DNA from: Isurus oxyrinchus
Lineage: Eukaryota
Length of the DNA: 64,000 nucleotides
NCBI GenBank assembly: GCA_026770705.1
Contig: JANJGN010000017.1
Coordinates: 34,596,001-34,660,000 of the forward strand
Direction of reading: 5' to 3'
A model generated the notes under the pieces. That model did not search any database, was not told the DNA's origin, and saw only the letters and a list, made by a program, of their open reading frames with translations. Of the stretch, positions 11,300-22,698 are shown piece after piece; the stretch's first letter is position 1; each line of letters opens with the position of its first letter. Made by a program: the position numbers and the translations under genes.

Positions 11300-14093
11300 A
11301 GCATTAACTTCACCTGATAGCTATTTGGGACCATCTCCAAAGTTCTTTGCAAAAACTATGTCTCCAACAGTGAAATTTCTTTCATGACTGTGGTAATCAT
11401 GTCCATTTTTCTGGGCCTCCTGACTTCTCTCTACCCTCCCCTCTAAATTCGGCCTTATGAGACCCAAATGTGTCCTGAGATGTCTCTTCATTAATAATTC
11501 TGCAGGGGCTATACCGGTGGTCGTGTGTGGCGTAGTCCTATAGCTGAGTAGGAAACGTGATAATCTGGTTACAATAGGGTCTGTATCAAGTTGTTTATTC
11601 CAGACATGAAGGTCTGGACTGCTCTCTCAGCCAAACCATTGGATGCAGGGTGGTATGGCGCAGTCTTAACATATGTTATGCCACTGAGACTAGTAAATGT
11701 TTGGAATTTCCCGCTGGTGAATGCCATTCCATTATCAGACACTATTACCTCTAGTAAACCGTGTATCACAAAACTCTGATGCAATCTGTCTCTGGTGGCA
11801 GGTGTGGGTGATTTCACCTTGTATACATCCATCCACTTCAAGTGAGCATCTATAAACAAGAGGAACATTGTGCCTAAAAAAGGCCCCACGTAGTCAATGT
11901 GGAGGCGGACCCATGGTCTTCCTGGCCAATCCCAGGGATGCAATGGCGCAGAAGGCAGCAATTTCTGTACCTGTTGGCACTGCATGCAGCTCTTGACTAA
12001 GTTTTCAATTTCTGTATCCATCCCCGGCTGCCATAAGTAGCTGCATGCCAACATTCTAGAGACGCCAGGGTGAGCAATATGCAATTCAGTCAATAATGGT
12101 TGTCTTCCTCTCGGAGGCACAATGACACTCGATCCCCACAGCAAGAGGCCATCCTGGCGGGTGAGCTTGTATCTCCTACTAAAATAGGGTATCATTTCAT
12201 CTGATTTTGGCTCGTTGGACCATCCCTGCAAGACTTGTTCCCTGATGTGAGACAAAACTGGATTGCGGACTTATCCACTGTTTTATTTGTTTGGCATGCA
12301 CTGATGATGAATCCAGAAAATTTACTAACAAGACAAGTTGTTGACGAATTGGGATGCTCACATTGCTGTCTTTTAGAGGTAATTGGCTCCGTGCGTCGGC
12401 ATTGGCAATCTGGCTTCCTAGCCAGCAGATAAAAGTACATTTGTAAGCAGCTAGAATCAGTGCCTACCTTTGGATGTGTGCTGAGGCAATTGGGGGTATT
12501 GCCTTGTCTTTGCTGAACAAGTGTAGTAGTGGCTTGTGGTCAGATAATGGTAAAGTGGCGACCAAAAGTATATTGGTAAAACTTCTTAACGTCAAATACA
12601 ATGGATAAGCCTTCTTTCTCTATTTGTGAGCATCTTTGTTCTGCCACACTAAGTGTTCTTGTGACGTAACCAATGGGCCGTTCAGAGTCATCCACCACCC
12701 GGAGGGAGAGAGCTGCCCCTAGCCCATAAGGGGAAGCATTGCAGGTTAAAATGAATTCTTTCTTTGGGTTGAAATGTAGCAACAGGGCCAATGAATGTAG
12801 CAACTGCTTTACTGTCATAAAAGCCTGTTGTTGTGGGGCTTGCCAAGTCCGCCTATGGCTTTGCTTGAGTAATCCGTATAATGGAGCCAGTACTGCTGAC
12901 AAATTTGGGAGAAAATGGCCATAGTAGTTAATCTTTCCCAAGAAGGACTTAGTTCTATGTCATTTTTCGGGGCTGGCACCTCACAAGAAGCTCTCACTTT
13001 GTCTTCTACTGGGCAAAGGCCCTGCAAGTCAACCCTATGATCCAGGTAAGCCACTTCTTTTGCTTGGAAGATACATTTTTCTCTTTTCAAACGTACTCCA
13101 GCTTGTGAGAAACGCATCAATACCTCTTCCAAATTAGTCAGGTGTTCGTCATCAGTTAGTCCTGTTACTAGGATATCATCGAGATAAACCACCACATGGG
13201 GTAGACCTTAAAGTAAATTTTCCATGGTCCATTGGAAAATAGCACAAGCCAATGAGACTCCAAAGTGAATCTGGTATACTGGTATAACCCCCTATGTGTG
13301 TTGATAGTCACAAAATTCCAAGAGGACTTTACTAGCTTGACTTGCTGGTAAGCGTGGCTCATGTCAAGATCCGTACATGCGGATCCCCCTGCCAGCTTGG
13401 AATACAATTCATCAATTTTTGGTATAGGATGCCTATAAAGTCTGGCCAATTTGTTAACTGTCAACTTGTAGTCCCTGCATATTCGCACACACTCTGGTCA
13501 GGCTTTAGAACTGAAACCATGGGCACTGCCTGTTTGGAAAACTGTACAGGTTTGAGACTTGCAACCTTTCCAGCCTGTCCAATTCAATATGAACTTTTTC
13601 CCGTAATGCATGTGGGACTGGCCTCACCTTCAAGTATCTGGGTGTTTGCCCTGGGATCCACCTGGATTTTAGTTTGCAGCCCCTGAATCTTCCCGAGCTA
13701 TTCCATGAACACAGAGGCATATTTTTGTAATAATTCTTGCAGATCTTTCATTCTGAGTTGAAAAATCTTGGTCCATTCCAACTTTATTTCCTTAAGCCAG
13801 TTCAAACCAAGTAGGGTTGGACCCTCCCCTGCTACCACTATCAGGGGTAAATTAATAGACTGGCTTCCATACTGTACTGGAAATGTGCACATTACTCTTA
13901 CTTGCATGTCTTCACCAGTATATGTCTTTAAGTTAGCATCTGAATTTTCCAGATTTAGTGAGTGGCTTCCTCCATTCAGATATTCAAATGTACGTACCCC
14001 TATAACTATCGTGGATGCCCCTATATCCACTTCCATTCGGATGGGTTTTCTGTTGACTTCCACTGTCATGTAAATTGGCTCTGTTTTACCCAT
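11300..14093 (-). pseudogene. pol: Gypsy pol (protease, RT, RNase H, integrase), frameshifted
   Basis: MEVDIGAS (protease), VYLDDILVTG (RT), CNASPYGLGA/SQIEKEGLSIVF (RNase H), HIAHPG..CMQC plus HIDY/VSDNG/LAERAV (integrase HHCC and DDE), spread over ORFs 11569-14093. Confidence 0.95.
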
Positions 14094-14099
14094 TTTTAA

Positions 14100-14950
14100 G
14101 TTGCGTAGTGAGTAAATATCTGACTTTGTTTCTTCTGATTCCTCTATTATGTGGATTTCACAATTTTAACCTTTTTGTTTAAAATTTTGTCTTATCCTAT
14201 TTTTACAGTATTGCATAATGTGCCCATTACATTAGCAGTAGAAACACTCAGTTCTTTTAAGTTTTCATTCATTTGCAGGTTGTCTGGATCAATTTCTGCC
14301 ATTACTAATGTGGGTTTTCTCTGTTAAACCATTGCTTTTTGCTGGTCTGTTAATGGTGGTTGTTTCCCACCTTTCCGCAGAGCACAGCATTTCAGCACCA
14401 TTTCTAACCAGTGCCTCTCTCCCGATGCAAAGGATGACACCATTTTGTGCTCCCTCGATTACTTCTGAGTCCCCGACTGCACTTTCCATTGCGAGCGCCA
14501 ACTCCAGCACCTTGCTGAAGTCTACATTTGTTTCTGACAGCAACCTGTTTTTGAATGGCACCTTTGTTAACATGTCGTTTATTGACGTCGCGAAGTCTCA
14601 GTGCTCTGTCAATTGTTTTAAGGCTGCTACATAGCAAGCGACTGTCTCTCCAGGGGTGCAACACCTTGAATTAAATTTAAAACTCTGCGTTGTTACCAAG
14701 GATTTCAGTTGAAAGTGGCTCTTTGCAAACTTTACCAACTCATCAAATCTCTTGGAAGCTAGGGTACTGGGTGCCGCTAGACTATGAATTAGGCCGTATG
14801 TTTTACTGCCACATGTCGACAAGAGGATTGCCTCCCCCTATATGTCATTGGCCAAAAAGAAGAATACAAGGTGTTCAATATATTGTGACCAGTCACTGGT
14901 GGTCTGATCAAATGGTTCGATGTGGCCAAACTGTGGCATACTGAAGGGAG
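14100..14950 (-). pseudogene. gag: Gypsy gag with CCHC zinc knuckle
   Basis: ORFs 14598-14822 (STCGSKTYGLI...FKFNSR..PGETVACYVAALKQL) and 14289-14573; CFYC*CNGHIMQYC at ~14205-14250. Confidence 0.9.
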
Positions 14951-15065
14951 ATATCTTTGACAGCTATGGTGAGGGCTGTACTTACAACTGGACTGCAAGG
15001 CATAGCGGATTCACTTCAGTGGAATTTTTGTGCTTTCCTTTGTGTCATCGACTGGTTGTGTTTTG

Positions 15066-15076
15066 CCTTGTCACCA
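15066..15076 (-). other. Primer-binding site, tRNA-Ser(GCU)-type
   Basis: TGGTGACAAGG 2 nt after the 5' LTR; this is a CpG-decayed form of TGGCGACGAGG, complementary to the 3' end of tRNA-Ser(GCU). Confidence 0.7.
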
Positions 15077-15692
15077 GTTGTCATGTTCCTACTGTCACGT
15101 CATTTTGCTCGCGAACACAGTTGCACATTTATCTACTAGTGGTGTGTTGACAAACAATATACTGCAGATGCAGAGACCAATGTAAGATGAAGCACATGCT
15201 GTTTATTAACAAAAGTCACAGAGCACTAACACAATGTGTGCTTCCCCAACAAGACCCTATTCTAAACTACTGATTAACATTGTAACCCATACTACACAGC
15301 AACTGGATAATACAGTCACGTGGTTAATCTGTTCACATTCTCTTAAATGTGTTATGTATTGCACCTCAGATTACCACAATTCTCTTTAGTTAAAAATGGT
15401 AATTGTCTGGCATTTGTGTGGAGTAAATGTTATGTCCCACTTAGCGGCCCAAGTCTGGATGTTGTATTGATCTTGCTGCAGACAGGCACTGACTGCTTCA
15501 GTATCTAAGGAGTCACAAATGATACTGACTATTGTGCAATCATCAGCGAACAAGCCCCAAATATGATTTTAGGATAGGGGGGTGGGGAGAGGGGTGGTGG
15601 GGGGGAGGTCATTGATGAAGCAGCTCAAGATGTTTGGGCCTAGGATTCTACCCTTTAAACTCCTCCAGCAATATCCTGAGGCTGAGGTGATT

Positions 15693-16662
15693 GGTCCAGG
15701 CCCAAACATCTTCAGCTGCTTCGTCAATGGCCTATCTTCCATTATAAGGTCAGGCATGGGGATGCTCACTGACGATTGCACAATGGTCAGCACCATTTGC
15801 GACTCCTTAGATACTGAAGCAGTCCATGTCCAAAAGCAGCAAGATTTGGACAATATTCAGGCTTGGGCTGACAAGCGACAAGGAACTTTCACACTACACA
15901 AGTGTCAGACAATGACTATCTCCAACAAGAGAGAATCTAACCATTGCCCAGTTACATTCAACAGCATTACCATCACTAAATTCCCCCACTATCAACACCC
16001 TGGGGGTTATAATTGACCAGAAACTGAACTGGACTAGTCATATAAATACTGTGGCTACAAGAGCAGGTCAGAGGCTAAGAAGCCTGTGGTGTGTATCTGA
16101 CCTCCCGACTCTCCAAAGCCTGTCCACCATCTACAAGGCACAAGTCAGGAGCGTGGTGGAACACTCTCCACTTGCCTGGATGACTGCAGCTTCAACAACA
16201 CTCAAGAAGCTTGATACTGTCCAGGCAAAACAGCTCGCTTGATGGCACCCCTTCCACAAACATTCACCACCTCCATCACTGATGCACAGTGACGGCAGTG
16301 TGTACCATCAACAAAATATACTGTGGAAATTCACCAAGGCTCCTTAGGCAGCACCTTCCAAACCCATGATCACTACTAACTAAAAATACAAGGGCAGTAG
16401 ATACATGGGAACACCACCACCTGGAAATTCCCCTCCAAGCCACTCATCATCTTGACTTGGAAATATATCGCCGTTCCTTCACTGTTGCTGGGTCAAAATC
16501 CTGGAACTCCCTTCCTAACAGTACTGTGGGTGTACCTACACCACATGGACTGCAGTGCTTCAAGAAGGCAGCTCACCACCACCTTCTCGAGGGCAATTAG
16601 GGATGGGCTATAAATGCTGGCCTAACCAGCAAAGCCCACATCCTGTAAAGATTAATAAAAAG
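15693..16662 (+). mobile_element. LINE-A 5'-truncated copy, head-to-head with the previous copy
   Basis: ORFs 15582-16016 (GPNIFSCFVN...TDDCTM...WADKRQ) and 16051-16242; 3' tail AATAAAAAGAAA. Confidence 0.92.
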
Positions 16663-16711
16663 AAACCCATCTTCGAGTGGAGAGGTTTCTCCCTGATTCC
16701 CATTGACTTGA

Positions 16712-17210
16712 ATTTTGCATGGATGAGTACAGCAACAACAACATTCAAGAAGCTTGACAAGATCCAAGAGAAAGCAGCACACTTGGGTGCCAACCCATCT
16801 GTCACCTTAAACATTCACTCCATCCGTAACCAGAGCACTCTAGCCGCAGGATGTACGATCTGCAAGGTGCTCTGCAGCAACTCACCAAGACTTCTCGACA
16901 GCACCTCGTAAACCTGCAAGCTTTCTATCACCTAGAAGAACAAGGGCAGCAAGCATATGGGAACACCACCATATCCAAGCTCCCTCCAGGCCACACACCA
17001 CCCTGACTTGGAAATATATCACCATTCCTTTGTCATCACTGGGTCAAAACCCTTGAATCCCTCCCTAACAGCATTGTAAGTGTACTCACACTGTACAGAC
17101 TGCAATGGCTCAAGAAGGCAGCTCATCATCTTCTGAAGGGGAATTTGGGATGGGCATTAAAAGCTGGCCTTGCCAGCGACACAGACATCTCATGAATGAA
17201 TAAAAAGAAA
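16712..17210 (+). mobile_element. LINE-A 3' fragment
   Basis: AWMSTATTTFKKLDKIQEKAAHL and the 3' tail ending ATGAATGAATAAAAAG. Confidence 0.9.
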
Positions 17211-17521
17211 GTAGAAACATTTCCCAGAGCTTTGCTTAAATTAGCCACAAATATTTTCCTTCAGACAATGCTTTTGTAGGAGTTTTTATTCATAGTGGGT
17301 GGGAAGGCCGTTGCCCAGGGTTGTCCCATCTAAAGGATGGGACGGACATTGAAGGGCCTGTTGTTCTTTTCTCATCTGTATTTTCATATGTTTATTTTTT
17401 GGATCTTAATTGATATGTTTTGCGTACCTCTTCCATTTTTACTGGAAATTATGCATTCCACAGCCAGACTGGCTCAATATAACTGTAAGCAAACATAATG
17501 CTGAAGCATCTACTCAGTTGA

Positions 17522-17780
17522 AATAAAAGCAAAATACTGAGGATGTCAGAAATCTGAAATAAAAATGGAAAATGCTGGAAATACTCAGCAGGTCTGGCAG
17601 CATTTGTGGAGAGAGAGAAACAAAGTTAACATTTAAAATCAAATATGACTCTTCTTCAGAGGAGTCCTGCAGTGTTCTGAAGAAGAATCATATTCAAGTC
17701 GAAACTTTAACTCTGTTTCTACCTCTATGGATGCTGTCAGACCTGCTGAATATTTCCAGCACTTGCTGTTTCTGTTTTGA
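17522..17780. mobile_element. Fold-back element made of two inverted Penelope terminal repeats
   Basis: 17565-17660 is the imperfect reverse complement of 17677-17775; spacer ~16 nt. Each arm has a CTGAAGA...(G)AAA hammerhead-like core. Confidence 0.85.
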
Positions 17781-19044
17781 TACCTGTTCAGCTAGTTAGC
17801 TTGCATTCTTATGGGCTGGTCGCTCAGCTGGGCTCCATTTTTATTAGAACACCCTCCCTGAAGCTCCTAGCAACTATACAGACAAAAGCTTTGCATGTCT
17901 GTGAACGCATAAAAAGGGTAAATTAACTCCCATTCCTTGCACTGTGTGGCCACAAACAATAATTTTATCCTCTAGTTAATTTCATGAGGAAAGAAAGGAC
18001 ATAAAGATATTGGATACCCGGTGAAGTCCTTGTATCACACTTCTCTAAATGATCTGTCAAACAATCAATTGAAAGGTGACATTAAGTATCACAAGTGGAA
18101 GTTTGCTCAGCCAAACCCACTTAACTGCACAAAGAATGAATGACTTCAGTTTATTGCCTGCTGGGTACATTCGTTCTTCTTAATCTATGGTAGCGCCTAC
18201 ACTGATAGGCAATATAATTGGATAAACATCTCAGGATATATATATATGCTATTCACAGACACCATTCATATGTCATGCTAAACTGTGGTATTATGAGAAC
18301 TGTAATTGAGTGACATTAGCTGCCTGTTCATCTGTACTAGAGCAAAAGCACTATTCTGCAACTTTATTTTTTAAAGAAATTAATTCCATAGAAGAATTTT
18401 TAAATGATTCAAAGTAACTAATAAATTTCATTTCATTCAATTATACTAACAAAAGCATTCTATCATCTTATAGACAGTAACCCTGGGGTTATATGCATGT
18501 CAGCTATTAGAGCCTTTCATGAAGGAATTATTCATGCAAGGTGAACAATGTATGAAAATCTGGACCTTGGAAAGCTTCAATTTCCTTTGAGCAGTCCTGC
18601 CAATCATAGCAAACCAGTCATAATGGAGCCATGATTATCAGTTTCAGTCCCTAACGAGCAGCAAATAAGCCCCTTTAGTTCTTCCCAATTTTCTGCCCAC
18701 CCCTTTTGTTCCTGAAGAGATTGTGGGGAAAATTGGATAAGGGCTGAAAATGGGCCCAGAGATTGCCATGCATGATTAACTCTTACCGTATGCTCCAATG
18801 CAAGCAGCGTGCAGACATTGTGCTGCTTGCACATTTACATGATTGTTGCATACAGCAGCACTATGTGCATTGTTGAATGCCTGCATGCATGACTAGGGGG
18901 CACAAAATATTGAGAGGCTAGCACAAATTCAAGCTAGTCTTGGAGCAAACCTGTACCTCTTAACAGGAGATGCATTTTGGCTGGAACAAGTGCTAGAATT
19001 TATTGCAGAAGTGAGTTTGACCTGGGGTATATGCAAGGTTAGTA

Positions 19045-20885
19045 CAACATGGCAGAGGTCGGATTCCAAGGTTCTCCAGTCTAGCACTGGAGGCCTTAAT
19101 TCAGGAGTTGAATAGGATGTACGAGGTCCTATATCCACAGGGGAGCAGAAGACCATCCAGACAGACCTGCAAAGTCAGTGAGAGATGATAGCCATCACGC
19201 TCAATGTGAGGAGTGTAATCCTGAACACCTGGGTGCAGTGTCAAAAGAAGTTCAATGACCTCAAATCAATGGCCAAGGTCGGTGTTTGCATCTTCAAATG
19301 TCACATTCCACCAACTGCACCATTAGCCTCACACACAGCTCACTGTATCACATCCCATCACACTCACCCACCAACAGTCTCCATAAATCATGACTCATAC
19401 CTCACATTCATAGCTTCAGCTCACCAGCAAACACTTAGCACTGATTCAAGCCTCAGACTCACATCACACAGCTAAAATAAATAGTCAGTCATATCACCCA
19501 ACAGACAGCCATATCATCCAAACACATTGCACCACAGTCACTGACACACTTACCTCTCTCTTGGAGGACAAGGTTGTGCACAACTGAAGTGAGCAGCACC
19601 TAAATGACAAGGGCTAGGCATGGTTGCATGTCTTCAACCCAGTGGAGGAGATTGTGCTCAACATCATTGAAGCAGCCATGACTGAGAATATAGGTAGGCT
19701 CAATTATGACAGTCTATGTCTACCAAATCCTCTTTCTCACATCCCACTTCCCCTTAACCTGAAGTCTGCTCTGATTTCCAAGCTGCAGATGGTGTAAGTA
19801 TATACCTCTTATTTTGCCTACCCCATCCACCCTCTACTCCCCACTTCACTCACTGCAACCCTGCCCTTTTGTTTTTCTCCTTTCAGATATCCAAGAACTA
19901 CCACCTGGCCAGGCAGTGGTGCAGGAGTGTGAAGTGCAAAGGAAGGAGGAACTGATGACAATGAAATACAGTCACTCAATCTCACACTTGCTGCCATCAG
20001 CTCAGATACTGACACTACAGGTAATTTAGAGAGTAGCACTGAGGCAAGGTCTGCGTGTGGTGAGTCACTGGGCATGGCCTGCAGCCAAGGTAGTGGGAAA
20101 GATGGCACTTCCCAGATGGTGAGGTCATACATGAGTTCTATAACAGAATACTTCAATGAAGACTTTGATGGGACACAATATAGAAAAAAGCCAGCGAACA
20201 TGTGCAATGAAATGTCTGGTGTATTGTCAGACCTGCCAGAAAACTTGTCACTATTAGAGGGCATGGAGGAGTCTGGCACCAACTTGGTAGTGAGCTTTGC
20301 GTAGAGATTGAAACTCATGCTTCCTGCATGGGGGCATTGGCTGACTCCATAAAAACATTTGCAGATCCAGTCATTATGCAATGTCTGATGGCTGACATAT
20401 TAACTTCCATTGCAGAACAAGCAGAATCCACCCAAAGTCTGAGTGTTGCAGTGAAAGCTCAGATTGAAGTTAATCTCAACTTGTTCTCATGCAAGTGCAT
20501 CTTGCCGCCATGCAGACTCAGACTGCTGCCATCATGATTGTGGATAATAGTGCTCAAAGAGGCTTGCAGGGTCCCACAGCAGTCCAGCAACCTCCAACAG
20601 ATTAGTAGAATTGCTGAGGAACCACTTTGAAGGTGTTTGCCTCTATGGGGAACAAACTTGCTGTGGATGATAGCATTGGTCCACCCACCAGTGCCACTTC
20701 TCCAATGCCCTTGATGTTGCCTGTCCACCAGTCACCCCAGACGGCTAGCCAAGGTTGTGCTGTTTTAAGCTGGGCCGTCCAGGCCCAGAGCCTTTTGACT
20801 TCATCCAGCAGGGTCATCCGGACTGTTCACCACAGGAAGTCAGCAGCTTTTCACCGCCATGCTACAATTATTGGGATAAGACTAC
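19045..20885 (+). pseudogene. Harbinger Myb/SANT-like (NAIF1/MSANTD-like) DNA-binding gene relic, about 3 exons
   Basis: RIPRFSSLALEALIQEL...TWVQCQKKFNDLKSMAK|GT. Second exon at ~19567 (DKVVHN..NPVEEIVLNII); third after TTTCAG at ~19887. Confidence 0.8.
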
Positions 20886-20889
20886 ATAG

Positions 20890-21643
20890 TGCCAAAACCA
20901 GGTGAGAAGGGGCCAACTGGCTCCCTTCTATTCAACTTCCTTGGTTGGTCACAACAAAGGTTTAAGTTTCTTTTTCACAAGGATATGCCTTTTCTGAATC
21001 TAAATACATTTAAGCTGTGAGCAATAAGGAGTTTTCTTGAGTTAAAGGAAGAGCAAATTAATTAACCACTAAACCTGAGAAATATAAATAGAAATGTGGC
21101 GTCAAGCATTCGGCTCTCATGCAGTCACACACATACACGCACATACATGCACACACACGTACAAAGGTATGAGAGATAAGGGAAGTTAGAGTCTAATAGC
21201 CAAAAGTTAAAGTAATATATGGTTAATTGTCCTTTGATTGTCCTTGAGGCTTAGATTTTTAAACATTGTGGCCTCTGCTGAAAGCTTTCTTGCAACTCCC
21301 TGCAGTGGTTGCAGCCTGGCTGGAAATACTTCACCCTTTGCGTATTTCCAAAGGCTTTTGGGTGGATCTGACTTGTGGCAGCCATTGTTTCAATATGCAG
21401 CACTTTGCATTTTAAAGTCTCTTCTTTAGACAGTGATGAGGTTGGATGAATCTCTGAATTATCGGAAATGTCTCTCCCTTCGCTCTCCCCTGAGGGCTAT
21501 TTGTTTGTTTTTCACCTTCCTCTTGGAAGATGGCCTTGCATTTTTAAGTAGTTTATTCTATCTCATTTCAAATTGCAAATTTCCAATGAGTTGAAAGTTG
21601 AAAAGTCATATTTTCAAAAATAAAGGGGCATAGCCTCGTGACA
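20890..21643. mobile_element. Solo LTR (754 bp) with 4-bp TSD ATAG
   Basis: ATAG|TGCCA...TGACA|ATAG (20886-20889, 21644-21647); the flanks rejoin as Harbinger sequence. Confidence 0.75.
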
Positions 21644-21789
21644 ATAGGAACACTAGGACAGGCAAAAGCACAGAAAAGATGATGGCATTTTATGTGGTAG
21701 CATAGCTCTAGTTATGTGCATGTTGCGCATGTGTGCTTGAGTTGTGCAGCAGTCATGAGTCATGTGATCAGCTGATGGCCCTTGTTGCT

Positions 21790-22420
21790 CTTTGGTTTGC
21801 CGTGGTGGCTCAGATACTGATGGTAGATGATGGACTGGCGCAGAATACAGGCATCATATCTGCTACCAGGCATTCAACTGTAAGATGTGCTGAGCATGGT
21901 CACAAATCAAGTGACACCTAGGGAATGAAATCCTTTGTGATGATGTAACATCTCTGAATTGAGATGTGGCAGCTACAAAGTAACAGATATGCAGTCAATG
22001 CCACCCTGTACCATGGGGAATCCCATTAGCCTGTCAAAGCCACGTGCATGTTCCATCTGCTTCTCTTCGGCCAGGCAGAGAAAAAATATTTCCCTCCCTT
22101 GCCATACAGAGCCTCAGTCACCTCCACCTGGACAGCAAATAGCAGGATGTTAAAGTTGTTGCCTCCTCCAACCTCAAAGGATCCCGATGCAAAGATGTTC
22201 ATGGCCACAGTCACCCCGCCCCAGCCACTGGCAGTGCCATTCTCACCCAGCTCTGAGGCTGTAGGTCTGCCTGCATCTGCTGCTAGATTTTAATGAGCAC
22301 CTCCTTCATGAAACAGAGACATTGAGCACACCATTCTTTGCTGAGGTTGAGGTAAGATAGTTGCTCCTTTTAGACCCTTGCTGGATATGGCCTCCTGCTG
22401 TGAGCTCTTCTCTCCTTCCT
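21790..22420 (-). pseudogene. Harbinger DDE transposase relic
   Basis: RRPYPARV..SYLNLS, VTVAMNIFASGSF (ORF 22026-22214), GFPMVQGGIDC, KGFHSL, ICDH, YDACILRQS. Confidence 0.88.
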
Positions 22421-22698
22421 CTTCCTCCGTCTTCAAATAGTTTCTCCTCCTCTGTGTTGTTTCTGCACAACCTCAGTGTCATGCTGCAGACCAAGTGGGA
22501 TGGAAACAACAGCAACTATAATTTGGAGCAAGTGGTCTGAGCAGAACCCTTGAAGTGGAAATCATGTTCTCCACCATGGACCACACACTCCTTGTTAACA
22601 TCACCAACTTTAAATAGGAGTAGAAAACACCAAGCAGTCCTACAAACTCAGAAAAAGCCAATAAAAATCAATAAGCAACTAACCTGGAAGTAGCTTAT

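Larger units (their letters stand above)
10598..15378 (-). mobile_element. Full-length, decayed Ty3/Gypsy LTR retrotransposon
   Basis: LTRs at 15079-15378 (5') and 10598-10893 (3') with TG...CA ends; 5-bp TSD ATTCT (10593-10597, 15379-15383); PBS and PPT present; domain order gag-PR-RT-RH-IN. Confidence 0.97.
9890..15690 (-). mobile_element. LINE-A copy split by the Gypsy insertion (9890-10597 and 15379-15690)
   Basis: The LINE sequence is continuous across the insertion (GGTTAGATTCT | CTTTAGTTAAAAATGG); ORFs 10149-10349 and 15569-15853. Confidence 0.9.
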
